Assembly: GCA_001430755.1 (NCBI GenBank)
Contig: CP013062.1
Coordinates: forward strand, 1,110,001 to 1,142,000
Source: Candidatus Peribacter riflensis
GTDB taxonomy: Bacteria; Patescibacteriota; Gracilibacteria; Peribacterales; Peribacteraceae
DNA: 32,000 nucleotides
Direction: 5' to 3'
Shown: positions 8,217 through 15,290 of the stretch, piece by piece
Layout of the letters: the number at the start of each line of letters is the position of its first letter
How positions within the stretch are numbered: position 1 is the stretch's first letter
The notes under the pieces: model-generated
The model's database searches: none
What the model was told of the DNA's origin: nothing
What the model saw: the letters and a program-made list of their open reading frames with translations, nothing else
Translations under genes and position numbers: made by a program

Positions 8217-10019
8217 GTGCAGGTGATGCGTGCGTGGCTGCAACAGCGGAAACTGACACTCGGCTTGTTGCTCGTCGTGGCGGTGACGGCAGTCGTGTAT
8301 GTGCCGACGATCCGGAACGATTTTGTCGATTACGATGACCAGCCGCTCATCGTTGAAAATGCGGCGGTCCAGGAGCTCTCGACGCGCACCCTCTCGTTCA
8401 TCTTCTCGACGTTCGATCCGGAGCTCTACGTTCCCTTCACCCTGCTCACGTACCAGATCGAGGGGCAACTCTTCGGCATCCGCCCGGGCGTGGTGCATGC
8501 GACCAATCTGCTGCTGCACCTTCTGAATATTCTTCTGGTGAGCTGGGTAGTCTTTCGCCTGACAGGCAGGGCGTGGGTGACGGCTGGGGTGACCGCACTC
8601 TTCGCGCTCCACCCGCTCAACGCAGAGGCGGTCCTCTGGGCGTCGGCCCGCAAAGATCTGCTCTCTGCGTTCTTCTTTCTCGCCTCCTTCGGTTCCTATC
8701 TTGTCTATCGCCGCAACGGGCGCTGGCTGACGTACGGAGCAAGTCTGCTGCTGTTCCTCTGCGGCCTCTTCTCCAAGGTTTCAGTTGCGCCTCTGCCCTT
8801 TATCCTCCTGCTCTCCGATTGGCTGGAGCGCGATTCTTTACGCGCGCGCTGGAAAGAGAAAATTCCCTTCTTTGTTCTTGGCGCGCTCTTCGTGATCATC
8901 GCGATCGTAGGGAAGACCGAGATCCTGGGAGCCTCTGACCTGCTCACGAATGTTCTCTTGGGCATGAAGAGTACGGCGTTCGTTCTCTGGCAGCTCTTGG
9001 TGCCCGTTCATTTTTCCATTCTCTACCCGCAACAACCTCTGCGTGAGGCTGATCCGTGGCTGTTTGTGGCTTCTGCCGCCGTGGTGATTGCGCTGCTGGG
9101 AGCAGCTGCGCTCTCTGCGCGCAGGCAGCGTGTGCTCGCCTTTGGGATCGGGTTTTTTCTATTGCTCCTGCTGCCGAGCTTCACCAATTTCTTCAGAAAC
9201 GGCTCACTCTTCTTCTCATCAGATCGCTATGCGTACCTTCCCATGCTCGGTATGCTCGTGCCCCTCTTCGTCGCGCTCGATGGCGTGCTGAAGGGGCGCG
9301 ATCGCCTGCGCTGGGTGGCGACTGCCGGCGTGATCGGTGTTGTGCTCGGTCTCGCCGCCGTTGCGCGTGCTCAGGTTCCGGTGTGGCAATCGACTGAATC
9401 ACTCTTCCGGCATGTCGTCTCGCTCTATCCGCGTTCTGCTCTCGCTTACGTCAATCTGGGCGTCGTACGCACGCGTGTCGGCGACAGTGAAGGGGCATTC
9501 GAGGAGTTCCGCACGGCATCCGAAATCGATCCGGAATATGTGTTTCCGCTCCTCAATACCGCCCGCCTTCTACGTGATCGGGGCGAGATCGCGCGTGCAG
9601 AGCTGGTGTTTCGCGCCACCGTGCAGATGGTTTCTCGCAAGGAAACAGTGATCAATGTGGATCTGCTTCCGTTCTTTGAGCTGGCGCAGCTACTCGCATT
9701 AAAGGGGCAGAGCCGGGAGGCTCTGCAGGTGCTGGAACTGGCGGCCCGGCTCGGCCCCCGCATTGCCGCGGCTCACTATTACCTGGGCGTCGCCTACAGT
9801 GACCGGGGGCGCAAAGACGATGCACTCCGCACGTTGGAGCTGTCACGGTCCCTGCAGCCGAACAACGCCGATATGCAGTACCGCCTCGCGGGAATCTATG
9901 CGGAACAGGGGAGGCTGGAAGAGGCGGAAAAAGCGCTCAGGCGGGTTCTCTGGCTGAATCCATCGCATGCAAAGGCGGCGGAACACCTGCAGAATATCCG
10001 GTTCCTTCTGGGCAGGTAG
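8217..10019 (+). CDS. Multi-pass membrane protein (GT-C / PMT-TMTC-like glycosyltransferase fold) with C-terminal TPR repeats
   Basis: 600 aa. The N-terminal half has about 9-11 TM helices and an early loop motif FVDYDD, typical of GT-C enzymes. The C-terminal roughly 200 aa are TPR-like repeats (AHYYLGVAYSDRGRKDDALRTLE..., YRLAGIYAEQGRLEEAEKAL). The start is GTG 8217 or ATG 8226, 10-19 nt after the murA stop. Confidence 0.75.
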   Translation: MQVMRAWLQQRKLTLGLLLVVAVTAVVYVPTIRNDFVDYDDQPLIVENAAVQELSTRTLSFIFSTFDPELYVPFTLLTYQIEGQLFGIRPGVVHATNLLLHLLNILLVSWVVFRLTGRAWVTAGVTALFALHPLNAEAVLWASARKDLLSAFFFLASFGSYLVYRRNGRWLTYGASLLLFLCGLFSKVSVAPLPFILLLSDWLERDSLRARWKEKIPFFVLGALFVIIAIVGKTEILGASDLLTNVLLGMKSTAFVLWQLLVPVHFSILYPQQPLREADPWLFVASAAVVIALLGAAALSARRQRVLAFGIGFFLLLLLPSFTNFFRNGSLFFSSDRYAYLPMLGMLVPLFVALDGVLKGRDRLRWVATAGVIGVVLGLAAVARAQVPVWQSTESLFRHVVSLYPRSALAYVNLGVVRTRVGDSEGAFEEFRTASEIDPEYVFPLLNTARLLRDRGEIARAELVFRATVQMVSRKETVINVDLLPFFELAQLLALKGQSREALQVLELAARLGPRIAAAHYYLGVAYSDRGRKDDALRTLELSRSLQPNNADMQYRLAGIYAEQGRLEEAEKALRRVLWLNPSHAKAAEHLQNIRFLLGR

Positions 10020-10076
10020 AGATCGCGCCCTCTGTCTTGGCGTCCCGCGTTCCTTCCAGTACCATGGCTCCGCTTT

Positions 10077-10625
10077 ATGGTGACAATCAGTTCTTCGGGC
10101 GGCCTCACACTGCAGTGCCTTTTCGGAAAAATGCCGCTCACAGTCTTTGCTGCAGCGCAGGCCAAGCCCGGACCAGAGGGGACGATGACACTCTTCGCCA
10201 ACCCCGATGAACAGCCGCCCGAGTGTACCATCAGCTGGCCGGGCGAGTACGACTTCAACGGCATCTTCATCCGTGGCATCGGGCACAAGGAGGGCCGCCA
10301 GGTTTCGTACGTGGCGGAAGCGGATGGCGTGCGCGTGCTTTTCTGCTCCTCTCCTCTCCACTCCTTGAGCGATGCCGAGTTGGAATGGGTGGGCGACATC
10401 GACGTGCTGGTGTTGCCGGTGGATGACGTGAAGATCGTGCAGCACCTGCTCGATGTGGTGGACCCCCGCGTGTTCATCCCACTGGTGCACAAAGATGACA
10501 AGGCGTTCCAGGAGGTCTTGAAGATCTGCGGCGCCGTGGGCAAAGAGGCGATGGATGAGTTCAAATCAAAGGGCTCGTTGCCTGCAGAAGGCAGAGAGGT
10601 GGTGATTTTGAACGCGAAGAAGTAG
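10077..10625 (+). CDS. MBL-fold (Lactamase_B_3-like) protein lacking the HxHxDH metal-binding motif
   Basis: 182 aa. The segment WPGEYDFNGIFIRGIGH...VLFCSSPLHSLSDAELEWVGDIDVLVLPVDD...DPRVFIPLVH follows the layout of short MBL-fold hydrolases. The N-terminal HxHxDH region is replaced by TLFANPDEQPPE. Confidence 0.6.
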   Translation: MVTISSSGGLTLQCLFGKMPLTVFAAAQAKPGPEGTMTLFANPDEQPPECTISWPGEYDFNGIFIRGIGHKEGRQVSYVAEADGVRVLFCSSPLHSLSDAELEWVGDIDVLVLPVDDVKIVQHLLDVVDPRVFIPLVHKDDKAFQEVLKICGAVGKEAMDEFKSKGSLPAEGREVVILNAKK

Positions 10626-10654
10626 GGCTAGGAATAGGGTTAGGGTTAGGGGAA
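10624..10654 (+). repeat. G-run repeat with telomere-like GGGTTA units (potential G-quadruplex, + strand)
   Basis: tagGGCTAGGAATAGGGTTAGGGTTAGGGGaag starts on the stop codon (TAG 10623-10625) of the preceding gene. GGG runs lie at 10625-27, 10637-39, 10643-45 and 10649-52. It contains the family 8-mer GAATAGGG (10632-10639). Confidence 0.5.
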
Positions 10655-10777
10655 GACGGTTCTCGTATTTTGCGTGCAGCACAGTACAATGGCGGCACGG
10701 TCCCATAGTTCCCGCCTTCGCTCCTTGTGGAGCTACGGCGGGCAGGCAATGGATCCTTCCACTATTCGATCCACCTC

Positions 10778-10852
10778 GCTCCTGTAGTTCAACGGATAGA
10801 ACAATCGCGTCCTAAGCGATGGATGCAGGTTCAATTCCTGCCGGGAGCACCA
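10778..10852 (+). tRNA. tRNA-Arg (anticodon CCT), CCA encoded
   Basis: Hand-folded cloverleaf. Acceptor GCTCCTG/CGGGAGC (one G-U pair); D-arm GTTC-AACGGATA-GAAC; anticodon stem ATCGC/GCGAT with loop GTCCTAA (CCT); T-arm GCAGG-TTCAATT-CCTGC; discriminator A plus CCA. Confidence 0.9.
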
Positions 10853-10954
10853 CAGAAATATACAGGTTCGACCTGCCCGGCGAAGCCCGAAGGGCGAAGT
10901 CGGGTTCCCGCCGGGGTCACCATCGTACAGTCGTATAATGAAGGCGAAGGCGGG

Positions 10955-11065
10955 AGCGATGGATGCAGGTTTCCGCCTACGCTCCTCGTTCCTCTGGGAG
11001 CTTCCTCTTCCGCTAAGGCTTCGGAGGACCAGTCGGCGGACAGGCAATTCCTGCCGGGAGCACCA
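10955..11065 (+). pseudogene. Duplicated 3' half of tRNA-Arg(CCT), interrupted in the T-loop by a 73-nt hairpin element
   Basis: 10955-10971 is identical to tRNA positions 10815-10831 (17 nt). 11045-11065 is identical to 10832-10852 (21 nt, through ACCA). The two blocks are separated by exactly 10972-11044. No matching D-arm or 5' half is recognisable upstream. Confidence 0.5.
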
Positions 11066-11071
11066 CGACCT

Positions 11072-11911
11072 CTAGTTCAGAACACTCTTGAGTTCCATTT
11101 TCATCTTCTCCGCCGCCTTCCCGGCGGCCTCCCTCCAGTCTTTGCCCTTCGAGGCGAAGATGATGCCCCGCGAGGAATTCACGATGGCTCCGTTGCCATT
11201 CACGAATCCGGCTTTAATGTCCGCAGCCGTGCCGCCCTGCGCGCCGTAGCCGGGGATGAGCAGGATGGCGTGCGAGAGGAGGGATCGTAAATATTTGAGC
11301 TCCTCCGGATAGGTGGCGCCCACCACCGCGCCCACGCAGGAGTATCCCGATTCTTTGCCGAGGAAAGAGAGCCCCCAGCCATCCACCAGTTGTGCCATGT
11401 GTTCGTGCACCGTTTCATCGCCCACCGTCAGATCCTGCAGCTCACCGGAGCTGGGGTTACTCGTCTTCACGAGGACGAAGATGCCTTTGTCATTCTTGTT
11501 GCAGCGCTCGATGAACGGTTTGATGCCGTCTGAGCCCAGGTACGGCGAGATGGTGAGTGCATCAATTGGGGAATCTTTCGAAAGGTAGGCATCTGCGTAG
11601 GCATCGCAGGTGCTGCCGATGTCATTCCTCTTTCCATCTGCGATGACCAAAAGCCCCTGGAGTTTTGCGTAAGCGCAGGTCTCGAAGAAGGCGCGCATCC
11701 CCTCCCAGCCCAGCGCCTCGTAGTAGGCCATCTGCGGTTTCACACAGGCGGCGATGTCTTTCACCGCGTCGATGATGCCCGTGGAGAAATCCAGGAGCCC
11801 CTTGGCGTCTTTGGCGATTCCTTCCGGCAGCTTATCCAAGGCGGGATCGAGCCCCACGCAGACGGGGGATTTCTTCTGAGTGGCGTCTGTGAGTACATCA
11901 GCGAAATGCAT
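11072..11911 (-). CDS. pyrF: Orotidine 5'-phosphate decarboxylase (type 2)
   Basis: 279 aa: MHFADVLTDATQKKSPVCVGLDPALDKLP...ADGKRNDIGST...VLVKTSNPSSGELQD...PGYGAQGG. TATCAT (rc of 11919-11924) lies 7 nt upstream of the ATG. Confidence 0.9.
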   Translation of the reverse strand: MHFADVLTDATQKKSPVCVGLDPALDKLPEGIAKDAKGLLDFSTGIIDAVKDIAACVKPQMAYYEALGWEGMRAFFETCAYAKLQGLLVIADGKRNDIGSTCDAYADAYLSKDSPIDALTISPYLGSDGIKPFIERCNKNDKGIFVLVKTSNPSSGELQDLTVGDETVHEHMAQLVDGWGLSFLGKESGYSCVGAVVGATYPEELKYLRSLLSHAILLIPGYGAQGGTAADIKAGFVNGNGAIVNSSRGIIFASKGKDWREAAGKAAEKMKMELKSVLN

Positions 11912-11924
11912 CGCTGAGATGATA

Positions 11925-11952
11925 GAGGGAACTGGGGAACTAGGGAACTAGG
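11925..11952. repeat. Left arm of the inverted repeat flanking the four-helix-bundle gene (GGGAACTn tandem units)
   Basis: GAGGGAACTGGGGAACTAGGGAACTAGG. The 15-mer GGGAACTAGGGAACT (11935-11949) is the exact reverse complement of 12364-12378. The arm overlaps the stop codon of the enclosed gene. Confidence 0.6.
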
Positions 11953-12316
11953 CTGAACGATTCAGTGATTCGGTTGAATATACAAAGCCTGAAAGCATTT
12001 TCCCGACACCATCAATTAATGACTTTGCGCGCAAGGTTTGTTGCTGTGTTGCGAGACCAACAGAGATTGCCATGTCCAGAAAAGCACAGACCTCTGCGCA
12101 CTCACCTCGGGCAATAATGTACTTATGCTGTTTATCAGCTGGGGAAATCCGACAAAATCCCTCTGCGAAATTGGCGAGAATACTTGTGGCAGCTCTCCGC
12201 AGTTGAGAAGTCATGGCGTACCGTTCTTCCGGGGGAAACATTCGTGTAATTGCATAAATCTCCGTTACAAGTTCCAGTCCAGTCTGCCAGAGTCGTGTGT
12301 GGTGCCAGTCTTGCAT
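11948..12316 (-). CDS. Four-helix-bundle protein (23S rRNA intervening-sequence protein family)
   Basis: 122 aa. The segment LWQTGLELVTEIYAITRMFPPEERYAMTSQLRRAATSILANFAEG...KQHKYIIARGECAEVCAFLDMA is the typical signature of this family. The gene is visibly more AT-rich than its neighbours. Confidence 0.85.
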   Translation of the reverse strand: MQDWHHTRLWQTGLELVTEIYAITRMFPPEERYAMTSQLRRAATSILANFAEGFCRISPADKQHKYIIARGECAEVCAFLDMAISVGLATQQQTLRAKSLIDGVGKMLSGFVYSTESLNRSA

Positions 12317-12344
12317 AAGTCATTGAGAAGCCGCTTTCCTATGT

Positions 12345-12389
12345 CCGATTTCCCTCATTCTCCAGTTCCCTAGTTCCCGATTTCCCTAG
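12345..12389. repeat. Right arm of the inverted repeat flanking the four-helix-bundle gene
   Basis: The rc reads CTAGGGAAATCGGGAACTAGGGAACTGGAGAATGAGGGAAATCGG. It contains the perfect 15-mer complement of 11935-11949 and overlaps the comM stop codon (12386-12388). Confidence 0.6.
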
Positions 12390-13885
12390 TCTTCGATCGT
12401 CTGCCTGTACTGAAGAGCCTCCGCCACGTGCACAATCTCAATTTCCTGTACATCCGCCAGATCCGCGATCGTTCGTGCGACCTTGATGGCACGGTGGTAC
12501 CCGCGGGCGGAAAGGCCCATCCGGTCCACCGCCTGTGACAGAAGCCTCTGCGCGTCCTCTTTGAGCGGGCAGAGGGCGTCGATCTCTTTCACGCCCATTT
12601 CTTTGTTGGTGCGGATCGTATGGGCTTCGAATCGTTTTGCCTGACGCGCGCGTGCCCCCATCACCCGCTTGAGAACGGCAGCGGTGGTGTCGCCGTTCAT
12701 CCGGGCCGGGCGCTGCAGGTCTTCGATGGGCACGGGCTGTACGTTCACGGTGAGATCGATGCGGTCTAAGAGCGGCGCCGAAATGCGACGGTGAATACGC
12801 TCGGCGTTTCCTGCTGTGAAGCGGGGCGGATTCATGGCGGCGACCATGGTGAAGTCTGCCGGAAAAGTGACGGAGCCCTGTGCGCGCGTGATGGTGATGC
12901 GGCGGTCCTCCAGCGGTTGCCGGAGTACTTCCAATACTTGCGCCGGAAACTCCGCGAGTTCATCCAGAAAGAGCACGCCGCGGTGGGCCAGACTGATTTC
13001 GCCGGGGCCGGGGATTTGTCCTCCTCCGACGATACTGACCCCGCTCGCGGTGTGATGCACCACCCGAAACGGGCGGCTTTGGATGAGGGGCACCTCCGGC
13101 GGGAGCAGATTGGCTACAGAGTAAATGCGCGTGACCTCGATAGCTTCTTCCTGCGACAGGGGAGGCAGGATTCCGCGGAATGCCCGTGCGAGCAGTGTCT
13201 TGCCTGCGCCGGGTGCGCCCGAGAGGAGCACATTGTGCCCGCCCGCCGCGGCGATCTCGAGGGCGCGCTTGGCATGCTCCTGCCCGCGGATGTCGGAGAA
13301 GTCTACAATTTCAGGATCGGTGTGCGCGGCGCTGGAGGCCGGTGCCGCGATAGGATCAGGAGCCCGCTCCCCTTTCAAAATGGCAATCACATCGCTGATA
13401 TTGTCTGCTGCAATCACCTCAAGGCCCGGAATGAGCGCTGCCTCCGATCCGTTGACCGCCGGAACCACGAGCCGTTTGATCCCCAGTGTACGACACGCGA
13501 TGGCAGCCGGAAGAATGCCGGTGATGTGCCGCAGGCTCCCGTCTAAGGCGAGCTCACCCAGGAATGCCGTCTGTTCCAGAACATCCTCGGGCAGCGTGAT
13601 GGATCCGTTGACGAGCAAGACTCCGAGGGCGATTGCCAGGTCATAGCGCGGGCCGGCCTTGCGCAGATTCGCGGGCGCCAGATTCACGGTGATCGTGAGT
13701 CCGGTCGAGAAGTGGTACCCCCCGGCGCGCAAAGCGTGCCTCACACGCTGTTTACTTTCCTGCACAGACATATCCCCGAGGCCCACGATGAAGATCTTGC
13801 CCTCGCCTGGGGTGGAACCCACCTCTACGGTGATGCGCTCGCTTTGAAGTCCGATGGTGGCGAAAGAGGTCAGTTTCGTGAGCAT
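12386..13885 (-). CDS. comM: Mg-chelatase-like ATPase ComM/YifB
   Basis: Walker A is LLSGAPGAGKT. The protein has an N-terminal Lon-protease-like domain and a C-terminal ChlI-type domain. The track ORF extends to a GTG at 13924. I prefer the ATG at 13885 (MLTKLTSFATIGLQ..., the family-typical N-terminus), because a TATAGT -10-like box lies inside the longer version. Confidence 0.85.
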   Translation of the reverse strand: MLTKLTSFATIGLQSERITVEVGSTPGEGKIFIVGLGDMSVQESKQRVRHALRAGGYHFSTGLTITVNLAPANLRKAGPRYDLAIALGVLLVNGSITLPEDVLEQTAFLGELALDGSLRHITGILPAAIACRTLGIKRLVVPAVNGSEAALIPGLEVIAADNISDVIAILKGERAPDPIAAPASSAAHTDPEIVDFSDIRGQEHAKRALEIAAAGGHNVLLSGAPGAGKTLLARAFRGILPPLSQEEAIEVTRIYSVANLLPPEVPLIQSRPFRVVHHTASGVSIVGGGQIPGPGEISLAHRGVLFLDELAEFPAQVLEVLRQPLEDRRITITRAQGSVTFPADFTMVAAMNPPRFTAGNAERIHRRISAPLLDRIDLTVNVQPVPIEDLQRPARMNGDTTAAVLKRVMGARARQAKRFEAHTIRTNKEMGVKEIDALCPLKEDAQRLLSQAVDRMGLSARGYHRAIKVARTIADLADVQEIEIVHVAEALQYRQTIED

Positions 13886-14040
13886 GGAGATGAGGAAAAG
13901 CTCTAGAGGTGTACTATAGTCCACCCATCATGTCGAGTGGAAAAGATGGACGAACGTACACCCTTCAAACATAATCGCATACCTTCCTCTACCTCTCTCC
14001 CCTCCGGGGATAGACCGAGTGAGGGGGGCAAGGCCATTCC

Positions 14041-14397
14041 ATGAAAACACGATCAACCATTGGCAGAGAGGGTGAAGAAATCGCAGTACGTTACTTTGTG
14101 TCGATCGGGTATGACATCCGCGGACGCAACGTGCGTATCGGCCGGGATGAGATCGACATCCTCGCGCATGATCCCGTCGATGATGTGTTGGTCTTCGCCG
14201 AGGTGAAGACCCGCTCAAATGACTCCAAAGATTTTCCGCCCGAACTGGGAATCGATTGGCGCAAGAAACAGTGTCTCATCCACGCCGCCCGCATGTGGGT
14301 GAACCGGTATCACTACGATCGCGGGTACCGGATGGATCTGGTTTGTGTGGTGAATGGGAGGGTGATGAATCACCTCAAAGAACTCGATTGGGAATGA
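14041..14397 (+). CDS. yraN: YraN-family (UPF0102) endonuclease-like protein
   Basis: 118 aa: GREGEEIAVRYFVSIGYDIRGRNVRIGRDEIDILAHD...LVFAEVKTR is the YraN signature. It lies next to comM, a common pairing, and is divergent from it here. Confidence 0.85.
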   Translation: MKTRSTIGREGEEIAVRYFVSIGYDIRGRNVRIGRDEIDILAHDPVDDVLVFAEVKTRSNDSKDFPPELGIDWRKKQCLIHAARMWVNRYHYDRGYRMDLVCVVNGRVMNHLKELDWE

Positions 14398-14434
14398 CGT
14401 GTAGAATGCAGGGTGGCCTTTCCCCCTTCTCCCT

Positions 14435-14677
14435 ATGATCAACGTCAAAGCCTTCGCCCTCACCTGCGGCATCTTCTGGGCCGTGGGCGTCGTGCTCTTT
14501 GCCGCCCTCGCCGCCAAGACCGGCATGGCCTCCTCCTTCGTCGGGCTCCTCTCTGAAATCTATCTGGGCTACGGCCCCACTCTTCGAGGTATGCTCTTCG
14601 GTATTGTGTGGGGTTTTTTGGATGGTCTCGTCTGCGGTGCGGTCTTCGCGTGGCTCTATAATACAATCGCCGGGTAG
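14435..14677 (+). CDS. Small two-TM membrane protein, function unknown
   Basis: 80 aa with two clear hydrophobic helices (FALTCGIFWAVGVVLFAALAA and MLFGIVWGFLDGLVCGAVFAWLY). TAGAAT at 14402-14407 lies upstream. Confidence 0.6.
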   Translation: MINVKAFALTCGIFWAVGVVLFAALAAKTGMASSFVGLLSEIYLGYGPTLRGMLFGIVWGFLDGLVCGAVFAWLYNTIAG

Positions 14678-14730
14678 ACGTTTTGGCATAGCAATAAGGC
14701 TCGTGGAATGGGGGAAATAGATGCCCGAAA

Positions 14731-15102
14731 ATGACATGCTGTTCATGCAAGGAATTCTATGAATGGCTTGTGGAAGCCAAAAACTCTGGTGTATTGATGT
14801 TGCAGAGATGTCAAGTACGCTGTGCTCGTACTATGCCGTACGCACAAGAGACAGAAGAGTTCCACATCTTTTTGGCGGCCAGGCGCCCCGAGCTCCTCAA
14901 TGGCCGGGGTCCGAGAGCAGATTTGGAGCACAATTGTCGTGTGCTGCACTCTTCCTCCCATGCCTCCGAAGAGATCCATTGGGATAAGGATGTTGCGCCC
15001 TGCAGGGCTCATTGCGATGAACTGATGTGCCCGTACCGTGAACGCTGCCTTGCCCTTATGCAAAGCGGCGAAAGGCTCTCATCGCACTTGCCTCAACAAT
15101 AA
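14731..15102 (+). CDS. Hypothetical Cys-rich protein (uncertain)
   Basis: 123-aa ORF with 10 Cys (CCSC...C..C...C...C...C) in a locally lower-GC stretch. A competing 106-aa ORF on the opposite strand (14743..15063) looks no better. I recognise no family. Confidence 0.35.
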   Translation: MTCCSCKEFYEWLVEAKNSGVLMLQRCQVRCARTMPYAQETEEFHIFLAARRPELLNGRGPRADLEHNCRVLHSSSHASEEIHWDKDVAPCRAHCDELMCPYRERCLALMQSGERLSSHLPQQ

Positions 15103-15115
15103 ACCGGGGTAGAAT
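15088..15115 (+). promoter_or_regulatory. Putative sigma70-type promoter of the SAM riboswitch / metK transcript
   Basis: TTGCCT (15088-15093), a 16-nt spacer, then TAGAAT (15110-15115). The riboswitch P1 begins about 16 nt downstream. Confidence 0.45.
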
Positions 15116-15130
15116 GCTTCTGACATCACC

Positions 15131-15236
15131 GCTCTATCCAGAGAGATGCCGAGGGAACTGGCCCGCTACAAGGCATCCCCCAACCACCCCTAAGGGGAAC
15201 GGTGGGACCTCCAGCCCCGTCAGGGGGAAGATAGCT
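15131..15236 (+). promoter_or_regulatory. SAM-I (S-box) riboswitch aptamer
   Basis: It matches the SAM-I consensus blocks in order: CTCTATC-CAGAGAG-ATGCC-GAGGGAACTGGCCC-GCTACAAGGCAT-CCCCCAACC-ACCCCTAAGGGGAACGGTG-GGACCTCCAGC-CCCCGTCAGGGG-GAAGATAG. It lies directly upstream of metK. Confidence 0.8.
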
Positions 15237-15290
15237 CACCAAGCTCACACTTCCTCTCGTACGGGGAGGTGGCCTTCCATTATCCCTACG

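Noticed and set aside
7176-8612. 478-aa - strand ORF spanning murA and the start of the TPR membrane protein gene
   Set aside because: It is antisense to two confidently identified genes and crosses their intergenic gap. The sequence is low-complexity and rich in Arg, His and Asp.
10708-11048. Integron attC sites as an explanation for the three hairpins with a shared basal stem
   Set aside because: The stem termini (GTTYCCGCC / GGCGGRCAG) do not match the RYYYAAC...GTTRRRY attC core arrangement. There is no intI gene or cassette ORF array.
10853-11065. tmRNA (standard or permuted) hypothesis, because of the GGTTCGAC-like motif, the terminal T-arm/ACCA and the rich secondary structure
   Set aside because: The acceptor pairing would lack the G3:U70 alanine identity pair. 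No frame gives a plausible tag peptide ending in hydrophobic residues plus a stop. The 3' module is an exact copy of the tRNA-Arg 3' half rather than a tmRNA-type TLD.
10727-11290. ORFs 10727..11290 (+) and 10733..11047 (-) in the tRNA region
   Set aside because: Both run straight through a canonical tRNA-Arg gene and hairpin-rich non-coding sequence. The + ORF also reads into the antisense of pyrF.
14743-15063. 106-aa - strand ORF competing with the Cys-rich + ORF
   Set aside because: It has no start-proximal -10 box and no recognisable features. I kept the + ORF only as a low-confidence call, and neither may be real.
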